Of a stretch of 64,000 nucleotides of DNA, positions 24,934 through 38,994 are shown piece after piece. Position numbers and translations under genes: made by a program. The DNA comes from Octopus sinensis. Its lineage: Eukaryota. The stretch's first letter is position 1. The number at the start of each line of letters is the position of its first letter. The stretch is from assembly GCF_006345805.1 (NCBI RefSeq), contig NC_043004.1, forward strand, positions 54,932,001 through 54,996,000, given 5' to 3'. The notes under the pieces were generated by a model. It saw only the letters and a list, made by a program, of their open reading frames with translations. It was not told the origin of the DNA and did no database searches.

Positions 24934-25404
24934 CACAAATATATCTGAAAAAAAATATTTTTCTGGTTATTATAACAAACTCAGAAACTTGGCGAAGTAG
25001 ACAGCCTCAGCAGCTCTTTCAATATAATTACAGAAAAGTAATTCCACTCCTTCTAACCAGTTTCAAGATAATATTTTTTTAAGAGTCCTTGTATTCTTCA
25101 TCACTGTGAGTATCAACGTCGCACATCCTTTTTACTGCGTTACTCAGTATTTATTCTTCAGCCTATAATGTTACACAGTTCAAAAAACAGCATCTTCCTT
25201 TTTATTCACTTTGTTCAGCATTTGTTTCAAAATTGTAAAATAAATTATTTTTGTATGTGAAACTGAATTATACCTTCTGAACTTTCTTGGACTTTTACCT
25301 TCTTCACCGTGACATTCATTCAATCCTGAATTTTATATCATTTAGTACATGTTCCAAATATGTGTTGACTTTCTGTACCTTCTTACATTGGTAACGCATA
25401 CTAA

Positions 25405-25740
25405 CTGGCTCAGTGGTTAGATCGTCGAGCTTACGATCGTGAGGTTGTGAGCTCGAATCCCGGACCGGGCTGCGTGTTGTGTTCTTGAGCAAGACACTTT
25501 ATTTCACGTTGCTCCAGTTCACTCAGCTGTAGAAATGAGTTGCGACGTCACAGGTGCCAAGCTGTATCGGCCCTTGCCTTTCCCTTGGACAACATCGGTG
25601 ACGTGGAGAGGGGAGGCCGGTATGCATGGGCGACTGCTGGTCTTCCATAAAAAACAACCTTGCCCAGACTTGTGCCTCAGAGGGTAACTCTCTAGGTGCA
25701 AACCCATGGTCAGTGTCTGACCGAAGGGGGTCACCACCAT
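25405..25740 (+). mobile_element. SINE family C (tRNA head, TGTGTTCTTGAGCAAGACACTTT domain); representative copy
   Basis: A box TGGCTCAGTGGT and B box GCTCGAATCCC. Related copies at ~10570-10870, 14840-15130, 16425-16730, 48125-48420 (+) and 59220-59480 (-). Confidence 0.85.
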
Positions 25741-28700
25741 CACCACTAACTTTTGCTAAATTGGTGACTTTCCATTTTTTATAGTATAACTTTGCTACAG
25801 AAAGTATGTTTTGCAACTATGTTGACTACATTTCATTTCACTTGAACTTCATATGTGTACATTTTGCTGTATTCAATATCATCAATTCTATGAATGGGTG
25901 TGTGTGTGTTTCTGCGTTCGTTACATCTGTAGTAAACTATAGTAAAGAACATTTTACACTGTTTTAATGAGCCCACATCTAATGAAGTAGCCATCCTTAT
26001 GGTTGGTGATCCCCATGAAAATCATGATATTTTCATTCGTGTTCTTGATAACAATCGTTACTCCAAAGAACTGTTGCTGAATATCTCTCATTGTGGGATT
26101 TAAAAATAGAAATTTTCAAATCTTAAACATGTTTCACAGACTCATCCCTCTTATAATGCTCTCCAGTATAATCTTATTTTGTGGAATGAACAAGATGGGT
26201 ATTATTTCAGTATTCCTCGGATTGAACCTGCAACAGGATAGCCAATTACAAACAAGAGGGTGTTGTCAAATGACTTCTATTCTTACCATCTGATGTTAAG
26301 ACCAGTACAATCAAATCCTTTCTACTATATGCTGAAATTTCAGGGGAGGGGACCAGTCGATTACATCGACCCCAGTGTCTCACTGGTACTTAATCTATCA
26401 ACCGTGAAAGGATGAAAGGCAAAGTTGACCCCGGCAGTATTTGAACGGGCGAAATACCGCTCAAGCATTTTGTTCGGAATGCTAACGATTCTGCCAGCTC
26501 GCCGCCTTCCAGAACAATCAAATCAATTATACATGTCAAATAAACTTTATTTCCATTTACATATTTTCTACATTATCTCAATAACCAGCTATAGTTATTT
26601 CAAATACACTTCTCTACAACGACCAAGTTTCATTAGAAAATGAAAATAATTTCACACTTTCAGTTTGAACCAAAATTACGAGAGTGATGATGTGTGAATA
26701 ATGAAAGTAATGTTTCTCCAAATTAGTCACATGTGTATTATAATAATGAAAGCTGCTTATTATCTATCCATCAAATAAACTACGGTTTTGACTCGACAAC
26801 TCTTTTTTTACAACTAAAATAACCTCGGCAACTAGGTTGGGTTGCACAATTTTGAGTTCATTTTTGGACAATATTTTGATTTGCTTCTAATGTATCACTT
26901 TCATCCAATGTTTCACGCATACGTAGAATTCTTCTGAGACAAACATTTATGAAAATATATGCATAAATATTGTATTAAAATAAGCCACAACCCAAAAAAA
27001 TTGCATTAAAAGACATCAATTTTTCTATATGTTATGAGGAAATACAGCCTCTCTCTCTCTCACACACACACAAAAAAGATGTATGCATATGTATTTATGG
27101 GTAATGGTCAAGAATATGCATTCCTGGTGTTTAGGGTTAGGGTTACGCCGAAAATGGGTGGTGTGTGTATTCTTTACCTCCGCCTGTTTATGTACGTGTA
27201 TATGAAAGATAATATGTGAGAGAGAGAATGAGAGTGAATGAGTGAGTGCCACTTGCACATACATGCAAAGAATTTCATACATCACAACACACACCTTCAC
27301 TCACTCTCTCTATCTCTCACTCACACATCCATTTCATATACATGTACATCTTTCTCCTTCCTTTCACTTTCTCCTCTCACTTCAAAGCAAATGTCACCTT
27401 TTCACTTTATCCTACCCCTCAATTTCTGCCTTCTTCTAAGCATTCAGAAATTAAAACAATTTTAGGGAAATTCACAAACAATCATATGATCCCTATATGT
27501 CGAGTTGACAACTTTGCTTCTTCAAATGAAAAAATGCAATAGAATAACTTAATTTGACACACACACATGCATAAACACTCTAGGTAAAACTTCTGTGCAA
27601 ATTATGTTAATTTTTGCTGTGTGCACGTGCAAATTTACAGCTCAAACCCAATTGAAATGATCTTGCTCTATTACTCTTTACTCTTTTACTTGTTTCAGTC
27701 ATTTGACTGCGGCCATGCTGGAGCACCGCCTTTAGTCGAGCAAATCGACCCCGGGACTTATTCTTTGTAAGCCCAGTACTTATTCTATCAGTCTCTTTTG
27801 CCGAACCGCTAAGTGACGGGGACGTAAACACACCAGCATCGATTGTTAAGCAATGCTAGGGAGACAAACACACACACACATATATATATATACATATATA
27901 TTCTTTCAGTTTCCGTCTACCAAATCCACTCACAAGGCATTGGTCGGTCCAGGGCTATAGTAGAAGACACTTGCCCTGGTTAGCAAGCTACTTACCACAC
28001 AGCCACTCCTATTGTGTAATTTGTGTCTGTGATGAGCGTTTTTAAAAACCTGATCTTTGATATAAACTTAAAAAGAAGTTTTCCCAGAAATCCTGTCCTT
28101 TACTTCTTCTTTCTAGCATATCCGAGGTGACATTTCCTTCCTCTTCCCCTTATTATTTTTTTTTTCCTAAATTTCTTCCGATTCCTATGTTTGCAATGCA
28201 ACAGATTAGGATTCCACCCACAAAACACATTCTCAATATTTTAATTTTTTCCCTCTTGACACCAAATTAATTTTCAATTTTTTCAAATTTCTGTTCTTGT
28301 TAATCCATGGAGAAAAAACAGAGAGTACAAATCTTTAAGAATTTTACCCATCACCTCACCACTTTCAAAAAGAGACACACTCCCAATGTTCACTTTTAGC
28401 TTTTTGGAAAGCAGGGAAGTCTCTTCAGAAATAAGTTGTTTACCTGTTGTTTCTTGCAACAGGTAAACAACATGTTTCGAGTTTTCTGGTGGTGGTCAGG
28501 TATATTTTAAGTCTTCTATTTCAGCGGAATTCTATACATGTGAGAAACATCAAACAGAAGTGAAAGATTTGGAGATTTTAGCCTTTTAAAAGATGCTACG
28601 TGTGATGGGTGGGTGAGGTGGGAGAGGGGGCAGAAAAATTAAACTATAAAAAAGTATATTTTTTTTTCTTTTTCTTTTCCTTGTTTCAGTCATTTGACTG

Positions 28701-29875
28701 CGGGCATGCTGAAGCAACGCCTTTAGTTGAGCAACTCGACCCCAGGACTTATTCTTTGTAAGCCCAGTACTTATTCTATCGGTCTCTTTTTGCCGAGCCG
28801 CTAAGTGACGGGGACGTAAACACACCAGCATCGGTTGTCAAGCAATGCTAGGGGGACAAACACAGACACACAAACACACACACATACATATATATATATA
28901 CATATATACGACAGGCTTCATTCAGTTTCTGTCTACCAAATCCACTCACAAGGCATTGGTCGGCCCGGGGCTATAGCAAAAGACACTTGCCCAAGATGCC
29001 ACACAGTGGGACTGAACCCGGAACCATGTGGTTGGTTAGCAAGCTACTTACCACACAGCCACTCCTGCTGTATTTATATATTTCCCACATTCGTAATCTC
29101 TGTTTTTCTACATAGATAACAAAAAAAAAAAAAACATTGAAAAGCTTACAAATTAAGAAATTGCAGTGAGTATAGAGGGAAATTAAAATTTTGAACATAT
29201 GATTTCTGGACAAAATCGTATTAACCTGCTTTTATATGATGAAACAATACATAATTTCTGATCCTTCTTAAGAACAGAAAGCATCTTCATGCAAACCCAT
29301 GCAAATTATACCATCACTATTAAACAAAAAATAAACTCCATCATTCCATTAACTATATATCAACTGTGCCGATTCTGCCCATAAGCAAGGAGCAAATAAT
29401 AAAATGTGCTTCTAGGTCATAACACCCAGGCAACACTGGGAGACATTGCTAGTATATGTCTGTGTGTGTGTGTGTATTGTGTAGTAAGAAGCTTGCTTCC
29501 CAACCACATGCTTCCAGGTTTAGTCCCATTGCGTGGCACCTTGAGCAAGTGTCTTCTATTATAACCTCAGGCTGACCAAAGCCTTTTGAGTGGATTTTCT
29601 AGAAAGAAACTGAAAGAAGCCTGTTGAATATATATGTATGTATGTATCTATGTGTGTGTGGCTTTGTGTCTATGTTTGTGTGCCACCCAACCCCATCACC
29701 ACCTGACAACTGGTGTTGGTGTGTTTACATCCCCATAACTTAGCAGTTCGGCAAAAGAGTCTGATAAAATACGTACTAGCCTTAAAAAACATAAGCATTG
29801 GGGTCGATTCGTTCAACTACAATCCTTGAAGGCAGTGCTCCAGCATGACCACAGTCAAATGACTGAAATAAAAGA

Positions 29876-32470
29876 AAACTATCTTCCCAGTTAGCCTTCC
29901 TTCGATATTGCTGCACCTTTATGTGTCCATAGCTTACACTGGGTACATCTTATGGAGTTTCTACCTATGCCTTTCCTATCTGCCACAGACAAAAACTATC
30001 TTCCCAGTTAGCCTTCCTTTAATATTACTGCTCCGCTTATGTGTCCATAGCTTACACTGGGTACATCTTATAGAGTTTCTACCTACGCCTCTACTACAGA
30101 TCGAGCAGGGACATCTACCTGAAGGGATTTGTGGTTTGCCTGCCTTCCTACTTATTAGGACTTTGGTTTTAGCTAGGTTGACTTTAAGGCCTTTTGATTC
30201 TAATCCTTTCTTCCACACCTGAAACTTTTCCTCTAGTTCTGATAGTGACTCAGCAATTAGAGCAAGGTTACCAGCATAGAGGAGCTCCCAGGGGTATCCT
30301 GTCTTGATTTCCTCTGTTATTGCCTGGAGGACTATGATAAATAAGAGGGGGCTGAGGACTGATCCTTGGTGGACCCCTACCCTTACTCAGAATTCTTCAC
30401 TCTACTCGTTGCCAACCCTCATCTTACTGACAACATCCCTGTACATGGCTCTCACAGCTCTCACTAACCATTCATCTATCCCTAGTTTCCTCATTGACCA
30501 CCAGATAAGGGATCGGGGGACCCTGTCAAAGGCTTTCTCCATGTCAACAAAAGCCATATATGGAGGTTTATCTTTCGCCAGGTATTTCTCCTGCAGCTGT
30601 CTTACCAGAAATATAGCATCAGTGGTGCTTTTCCCCGACATGAACCCAAACTGCATCTCATCTAGACTGACTCTCTTCCTAATTAGTTGGGCTATGACCC
30701 TCTCCGTGACCTTTATTACCTGATCCAACAACTTGATACCTCTGTAATTATTTGTAACTAAAGCGTCACCTTTAGTAGCAGTTGTCTATGGTGCTGCTAC
30801 ACCAGTCATTGGGTATGACTCCTTCATGTATCACCTGGTTAACTATATGGGTGACTAGGGTGTAGCCAATACTGCCAGATATTTTGAGCATCTCTACGGT
30901 GATTCTTGATGTGCCGGGGGCTTTCCCTGCCTTCATACTCTTAATTGCTTTATCTACCAAGGTACTGTCAATTCGGATAGCTGGTCCCTCTGTTGGGTCA
31001 ACATTTAGCAGACTCTCTGTCTCCCATTTATTCTCTTTATTTAGCAACTTTTCATAGTGGCATCTCCAAGCCTCTCTCTACAGCATTGTTTAATGCAAGT
31101 GAACCATCATCCATGCGAACACATTTCTCTCCTACAACATCATGATTCTCTTTCACACACTGTCTTGTATCATGAAATACCTCAAGTCTGTAGTCCTCAC
31201 TGTGCCGAACATTGGCAAATTTTTTCTTACCTGCTTCCCCTCTGGCTAAATAAACCTGTCTCCTAGCTTCCCTTCTTGCAGTCTGATACAATTCCCTGCT
31301 ACCACCATTCTTCCAGTACTTCCAAGCCTGTTACTTTTCCCTAATGGGTCTGTCAACAACATTGTTCCACCATCACATTACTTTGGGTCGAGAGGGGACT
31401 TTGCACCATCCACAGATCTGTTCAGTGGCTCTCAGCAGAAACCTCCAGTTGTCTTCCACATCATGTGATGCTATATCCCCCTCTATTTTGTCAAAAGCTT
31501 CAACTAATACGTCTCTAAATCTCTGTCCATTCACAGGATCTTTAAGCTTCCAGACAGACCCTTCTCATCCATTTAGCCCTGATCTTGAAGTCGCTAACTA
31601 CTCGTCTATATTGTGGGGTACATTGTTTGTCTGGGAAGGTTTTGGCAGTTATAAGCAGCCCTCTTTCCTTTTTTCTGACGAGGATATATTCAATTTGGTT
31701 AGTGTGGCTACCAGATCAGTAGGTGACTAGGTCACTGGCAGGTTTCCTGAAGTTTGTGTTGCAAACCATAAGATCATTTGCATTGCAGAACTCCAGCAGC
31801 CTGGTTCCCTCCTCATTGCGGGAACCAAGACCATAGCCTCCATGTATGCCATGGAAACCCCCTGCGTGTTATCCAACATGTCTATTGAATTCACCAGCCA
31901 CAAAGAGAAGGTTCCTGTCATTTGTCAACGATGTAGTCTGCAAGAGGGTGTCATAAAATCAGTCTCTCTGTCCATCAGGTAGCCCTGGCTGAGGGGCATA
32001 GGCTGAGATAATGGTTGCTAACCCATGATGTAGCACTAATCTAATCTTAAGTATTCTATCGCAGACTCTGACTACCTCAATTACCTTATCAACCCATTTC
32101 TCTGCAAGAAGTATACCCACATCCCCCGACCCTGTCAGTGTTCCCTGCCCAGAAAATCTTGTACCTATGTTCTTTGCTTGTGAGGAAACTTACTTCTTGG
32201 ATGCGGCACAAATCTACATTTCTTTGTTCAAGCATCTCAGCGATCTCACCAGACCTACCTTTCAGTGTGCCCACATTGAGTGTGCCAACCCTGAGGGTGT
32301 AGGAGGTGTAGGCCTATGAGACCCTGGGATGGGGGACAGCAGCGTCATGTACCTGAAAAGAAAGCTCACGTTTGGCAGAATTCATAAACAAACAATAGCC
32401 TTCAACATGCATACACTACACCATCATTTTTATGCACTATAAGGAGATAAACCCGAAGTAGGGGTGGGGA
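29876..32470 (-). mobile_element. Second, more decayed RTE LINE copy, truncated at its 3' end
   Basis: Collinear with 2380-4940 (TLNVGTLKGRSGEI, DEMQFGFMSGKSTTDAIF, LLYAGNL, CSICSRGVGRNSIRCTQCKLWTHKR). Many stops and frameshifts. Ends in the PHD-like region with a local ~90 bp duplication. Confidence 0.92.
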
Positions 32471-33437
32471 TGGCGTTAAGCCTTTACACACATATAGATA
32501 AATAAATGTATATAAAGGTGCAGGCATAGCTCTGTGGTCAAAAAGTATGCTTTGCAACCATGTGGCTTGGGGTTCAATCATGCTACAGGGCACTTTGGAC
32601 AAGGGCCTTTGATTATAGTCCTGGCTAATATATATCTTGTGAGTGAATATGCTTGACTGAAACTATCTAGAAGTTTCTATGTCAACAAGTATCTCTCCTC
32701 CCCACCACCATGTGCTATGCCTGCCTCTCTCTTCAACATCATCACACTCTCATCCTTCTCCTGTCTTCTATTTCATTGTTATCATTCCACTGCTCAGCAC
32801 TGCCTGTCATTTGCTACTCTACTCCCTACTTCACACTCCAGCTCGCTGTTCTGAAATGGGAAGAGATATGTGACTCCTCTACTGCAAGAAGCCTGTTCTG
32901 TTCTGTTCCCTTTTCTCATACTTTTACCCATCTTTTAACCCTCATCTAGTATAAAGTTTTCCCCACTTGGAGTGCAAAACGCAGAGCAGGTTATTAGTGT
33001 AGCTGGCACAAAAAAGCACCTGGTATATGCTGTAAAGTGGTTGATGTTAGGAAGGGCATCTACAATGCAGTCCTTGGGCCCATTGGGTCTTCTCAAACTA
33101 CCCAACCTATACAAGCATGCAACATGAACATTAAGCGATGATGATGATGTATATATCTATATGTATATGTGTGTGTATGAACATGCATATTTTTTTATGT
33201 TTATTTTCTCACAACTGATGTTGGTTTGTTTACATCTCTATAATTTAGCAATTCAGCAAACAAAACTGTTAAAATAAGTACCAGATTGTTTAAAAAAAAG
33301 TACTTAGGGTCAATTTGTCTAACTTATCTTTGCGAAACAGTGTTCCTGAATGGCCACAGTCCACTGAATGAAACAAGTAAAAGAACATGTATACACAAGT
33401 TTGAATGTTCAAATTCTTCATTCTCCTTATTATCAAT

Positions 33438-33476
<39 letters not shown>

Positions 33477-33521
33477 CATATATATATATGGAAAGCGGAC
33501 GTTAAACGATGATGATGATGA

Positions 33522-33564
<43 letters not shown>

Positions 33565-35199
33565 TATATATATATATATGTGTGTGTGTGTGTATATATA
33601 TATACACACACACTCCCACACAGAAATACTATTTATGAAAGCTCAGAATTTCACATGACCATTCCTCAAACAGTTGTAATGATACTGAATAATAAATTAT
33701 GTGTGTATATGATATGATATGATAAAATCTCAGAGTTCAGTGAATAATCTGTGTTCAACCAGATTTGGTAAATTGATTCGGAAAAAATATAGCAATCTAT
33801 GGTAGCCTGCCAACTGGATTAAGTTTAGTGGGGGAATAAAAATATCGACAATAATTAAATCAATAAAACATTATGTAAAAGCTAGGAAAATAAAAATGAA
33901 ATAGACTCTGTCTAGATATGGGAATTGCAGGTATTTAAAAGGAATATAACAGAAGTGCAAAGAGAGGTGTTTTTTTGTTTTTTATATAAATTGAAAATTA
34001 GAATTAAAATAAAAAATGTGTTGATGAGATGAAATATGCAAACCAAGAGACAAAAATATGACTTCTTTCTCTGCCAAATTCCCTCACAAGTCTTTGGTTG
34101 GCTTAGGCCTACAGTAGAAAACACTTGCCCCAAGTGCTGTGCTGTGGAAATGAACCCAATCACATGGCTAAGAAGCAAACAGCCACATTGTATGTGTGTA
34201 TATATATATATTTATATATATACAGGCGCAGGAGTGGCTGCGTGGTAAGTAGCTTGTGTGTTTGTGTTTGTCCCTCTAGCATTGCTTGACAACCGATGCT
34301 GGTGTGTTTATTTCCCCCGTAACTTAGTGGTTCGGCAAAAGAGACCGATAGAATAAGTACTAGGCTTACAAAGAATAAGTCCCGGGGTCGAGTTGCTCGA
34401 TTAAAGGCGGTGCTCCAGCATGGCCACAGTCAAATGACTGAAACAAGTAAAAGAGTAAAAAAGTATATACATATAATGTATAGGTAGATAGATTGATTCT
34501 TAATTAAAAATTAGGTAAAAATAAATCTTTAAAAAACACAAATTAACATAAGCTTTATAGAAAATATGGAAAGAATCTTTGTAAGTGCTTTCAGATGTTT
34601 TTTTGAAAGTGTCAACAAACAATTTAAATAAAATTGGAAAAACAGAATAGAATTATGATTCACTACAATTTCATCTGGCAAATTGTCAAAATTGCAATAA
34701 AGCCAACTTGTCAAAATACTGTTTACATGACCTCAAACTCACTGAAATGCTTTAACTATACATCTCCTAATTTTGGCCAAACATTATCGATTATCAGTTG
34801 TTAAAAAAAAAAACAGGCATACACCATCCAAACCCTACCATCACACATCCCATTATCTAGAGAATAAATTCCTATATAAAGACAAATCATCATATATTCT
34901 GCTAAAGTACCAACAAATTCCTTTGGAAATTACTGCATTAAATTGATGATGATGATAACAGTTTTTCGTATATGAAGATCATGAGAAAACAGCAAGACCT
35001 TAAGGCTATGTAAACCAGTTCTTGAAAGACGGGCTCTGGCATACATAGGGCAAATAGGTGGGCTTCAGTCAGATGAGGAATGTGATGATGGTTCTTGCCT
35101 TCTTTGGTGCTTCTCATCCACTGCAGTTGCTCTGGTCTTCTCAAAATTGCTTGCAGCAGTCTGGATGCAATCTTACCACACTTCCCCTAGGTAAGCGGG

Positions 35200-35350
35200 C
35201 ATTTCACATCACCAATTACAAAGTCCTCCAACAGAGCAACGTCCTAAGCACTGAAACCATGCTTCTGCTCAGACAGCTCAGATGGGCAGGCCATGTCTCA
35301 CACATAGCCAAATCCAGAAGGTCATATTCTATAACAAGCTCAGCCAAAAC
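35200..35350 (+). mobile_element. RTE/BovB-like LINE fragment
   Basis: ITNYKVLQQSNVLSTETMLLLRQLRWAGHVSH..QKVIFYNKLSQ. Confidence 0.75.
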
Positions 35351-36073
35351 ATAAAAGACATTAGACTAATCTCTGACAAATTCAAATTGCATTATATCCA
35401 ACATATGCCCTCATTGAGCAAACCACATATGGACACTCAAAATCTCCTCACCGCCTCGACTGGCTTCTGTGCCGGTGGCACATAAAAAGCACCATCCGAA
35501 CGTGGCCGATGCCAGCACCGCCTTGGCTGGCTTCCGTGCCGGTGGCACGTTAAAAGCACCAACCGATCGTGGCCGATGCCAGACTCCCCTGGCACCCGTG
35601 CAGGTGGCACATAAAAAGCACCCACTACACTCGCGGAGTGGTTGGCATTAGGAAGGGCATCCAGCTGTAGAAACACTGCCAGATCAGACTGGAGCCTGGT
35701 GCAGCCCCTGGCTTGCCAGACCCTGGTCGAACCGTCCAACCCGTGCTAGCGTGGAAAACGGACGTTAAACGATGATGATGATGATTGACAGTGTAAGATC
35801 ATACACACCACCTCCAAATTGTGTGTCCTCTGATATCTTAAAAGAGAACTATCCTCTTCATTACTCACAACATCCTAAATCTTAAAACTGAGCTAATTTC
35901 TTTGTGCAGACACTAGGAAAAATTCCCTTCTTAAAGCTTAACTCTACGGCTGATTAGTTTAAAACTCCTACAAAGACATAACGCAACCACTTAGGTTTAT
36001 ATATATCACCATTGTTTAAACAATGGAAACAGCTGTAAAATCATAAAAATGCATGTAAACATTTTTATGTATA

Positions 36074-36465
36074 GGTGCAGGAGTGGCTGTGTGGTAAGTA
36101 GCTTGCTTACCAACCACATGGTTCTGGGTTCGGTCCCACTGCGTGGCACCTTGGGAAAGTGTCTTCTACTATAACCTCAGACCAACCAAAGCCTTGTGAG
36201 TAGATATGGTTGACAGAAACTGAAAAGAAGCTCATCGTATACATGTATATATATATCTATGTGTGTTTGTGTGTCTTTGTTTGTCCCCCCAACATCGCTT
36301 GACAACTGATGCTCATGTGTTTATGTCCCCGTAACTTAGCGGTTCGGCAAAAGGGACCGATAGAATAAGTACTAGGCTTACAAAGAATAAGTCCTGGGGT
36401 CGATTTGCTCGACTAAAGATGGTGCTCCAGCATGGCCACAGTCAAATGACTGAAACAAGTAAAAG
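36074..36465 (+). mobile_element. SINE family A, full copy
   Basis: Head GGTGCAGGAGTGGCTGTGTGG through tail GACTGAAACAAGTAAAAG. Confidence 0.9.
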
Positions 36466-36562
36466 GGTATATGTATATTCATATGTATGTGGAAAGCTAC
36501 GAGTGTGTATTTGTGTTTGTTTCTGTGCTTCTATGTACATACCTATGTCTTTATATGATTAT

Positions 36563-36960
36563 TCTTTTACTTGTTTCAGTCATTTGACTGTAGCCATGCT
36601 GGAGCACCGCCTTTAGTTGAACAAATCGACCCCGGGACTTATTCTTTGTAAGCCCAGTACTTATTCTATCGGTCTCTTTTGCCGAACCGCTAAGTGACAG
36701 GGATGTAAACACACCAGCATTGGTTGTCAAGCAATGCTAGGGGGACAAACACAGACATAGAAACACACACTCACACACATATATATATACATATATACGA
36801 CGGGCTTCTTTCAGTTTCCGTCTACCAAATCCACTCACAAGGCATTGGTCGGCCCGGGGCTATAGCAGAAGACACTTGCCCAAGATGCCACGCAGTGGGA
36901 CTGAACCCGGAACCATGTGGTTGGTTTGCAAGCTACTTACCACACAGCCACTCCTGCACC
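36563..36960 (-). mobile_element. SINE family A, full copy, tail-to-tail with 36074-36465
   Basis: Reverse complement of the family consensus. Confidence 0.9.
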
Positions 36961-37972
36961 TAGATTGTGCATCTTTTTATGCATATATATTTTGTAGCTA
37001 TATTTATATATGTTCATTCATATGTGTGCATTTATATATATATATCAGTAGCAGCATCATTATTTAACATTCCCTCTCCCATGCTGGCATGGGTTGGACA
37101 GTTCGATATGAACAGACAAGACAGAGAGCTGCACCAAGTTCCTTTGCCTGCTTTGGCATGGTTTCTGCATCTATATGCCCTTCTTAACACAAACACACAT
37201 ATACACACACATACACATATATATACTGTATTTATACCCATGTTTATATTTATGGACATGTTTACAAAGTCAGAAAACAGCACAGCTCCCATGACTTTCG
37301 GAAACAGTTTTTCACACTAAGAGTTGCTGAAGTATGGAACGAACTGCCGGCATCAGTTGTTAATTATCGGAGCACTGCATCCTTCAAAACTTCCATGGTT
37401 CCTGAGATTCGCCAACACTACTCCTGATCTTCTCCCCTCCATACACATGCAAGCATGTATCTGACTCATTCACTGTTCACTTTCCAGACATTTGTACATA
37501 ACTGCATATGCTTTATATGCACTTTTGACAAGTTGTGGTGCACCTGAGCACTGTATACAATAATTTCATTATTCTATATTATATAGGTGTATTTGTTTCT
37601 GGCACCAAGGACACAGTGTACTTCAAATATCATTATCTAATGTGTCCTTCCCTTTCTGAGATAGTAGGAGTACATGGTTTGAGGGAGAGTTGGTTGATAT
37701 TTCTAGCATATCAAACGAATCTTGTGAGAAGCTTCCTTGCTGGGTCGTCTGTGATACCTGTTGTTTTTGATAATTATGATGATGATGGTGGTGGTGATGG
37801 TGATGACAATAATTCTCTTTTTAATATCCTACTTTTTAACCTATTTCATAGAAACTGCTCTCACTGTAATCTGCTTTAAATTCAGCAGATTAGGGAGTTA
37901 ATCTGGTGTTAATCCCTTTAACTAATCTCTTTTTTTCTCCTTCTTTATCTCTCTTTATCTCTCTCTTTGCAG

Positions 37973-38062
37973 AGTCATCTCCAGTGTTCATGCAGTAATT
38001 ATGGGATCGCTATGTCTATACACAATAAATTATGATCCAGAAGTCAGAGATGACCCAATATG
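37973..38062 (+). CDS. TLCD4: TLCD4/TMEM56-like coding exon 2 (90 nt, phase 2-2)
   Basis: Long pyrimidine tract then tttgcAG|A GTC ATC..., encoding (R)VISSVHAVIMGSLCLYTINYDPEVRDDPI(W), matching TMEM56 [31 protein letters not shown]. Donor TG|GTATGT at 38063. Joins exon 1 in frame. Confidence 0.92.
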
Positions 38063-38586
38063 GTATGTCCAACACCCGACACTTTCTTCGGACTTTTGTT
38101 ATTAAGGGAAGGGGTATGTTATTTTTATTGTTGTTGTTAGGGTAGTTTTTAGAGCATGATGTAAGGGGTTATGGGATTTATTGTTAGAATAGATTGTGGG
38201 GAATAGGGAATTTTGGTTGTTGTGCTTGTTGTTGGATAGGGGTCTGTTGTTAGAGTTAATTGTTGGGCTTAGGCTTTTTGTTGTTAGGCTAGTTAATGGG
38301 GTTAGGGGTTTTATTTTTAAACTAATTGAGTTAGAGTTTTGATGTTAGGCCAGCTGTTGGAGTTAGGGGTTTTGTTGTTAGGTCAGGACATTGGGTTAGG
38401 GATTTTTTCTCAGAGATGGTCATTATTTTAGTTGTTAAGTTGGTTGTTGGGGTTAGCAAGTTTGATTTTAGGGTTGTTTGGCTAGTTGTTGAGGTTATGC
38501 ATGTTGTTGTTCAGCTAGTTGTTAGATTAAAGGATTTGTTTTTACAGTTGGATTTTAGGCTAGTTCTTAGACTTATAGACATGGTT

Positions 38587-38795
38587 ACTCTTTTACTTGT
38601 TTCAGTCATTTGACTGTTGCCATGCTGGAGCACCACCTTTAGTCGAGCAAATCAACCCCAGGACTTATTCTTTGTAAGCCTAGTATTTATTCTATCGGTC
38701 TCTTATGCCAAACCGCTAAGATATGGGGATGTAAACACACCAGAATCGGTTGTCAAGCAATGCTAGAGGGACAGACACAGTCACACAAACATACA

Positions 38796-38831
<36 letters not shown>

Positions 38832-38994
38832 CGACAGGCTTCTTTCAGTTTCCGTCTACTAAATCCACTCACGAGGCTTTGGTTGGCCCAAGGCTATAGT
38901 AGAAGACACTTGCCCAAGGTGCCATGCAGTGGGACTGAACCCGGAACTATGTGGTTCGTAAGCAAGCTACTTACCACACGGCAACTCCTACGCC
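38587..38994 (-). mobile_element. SINE family A, full copy ~0.5 kb downstream of exon 2
   Basis: Reverse complement of the family consensus. Confidence 0.9.

Noticed and set aside
25405-25480. tRNA genes
   Set aside because: A/B boxes belong to SINE heads that continue into SINE bodies, with no complete cloverleaf or acceptor stem.
27133-27152. TTAGGGTTAGGGTTA as an interstitial telomere
   Set aside because: Only about 2.5 units, which is expected by chance or from repeats.
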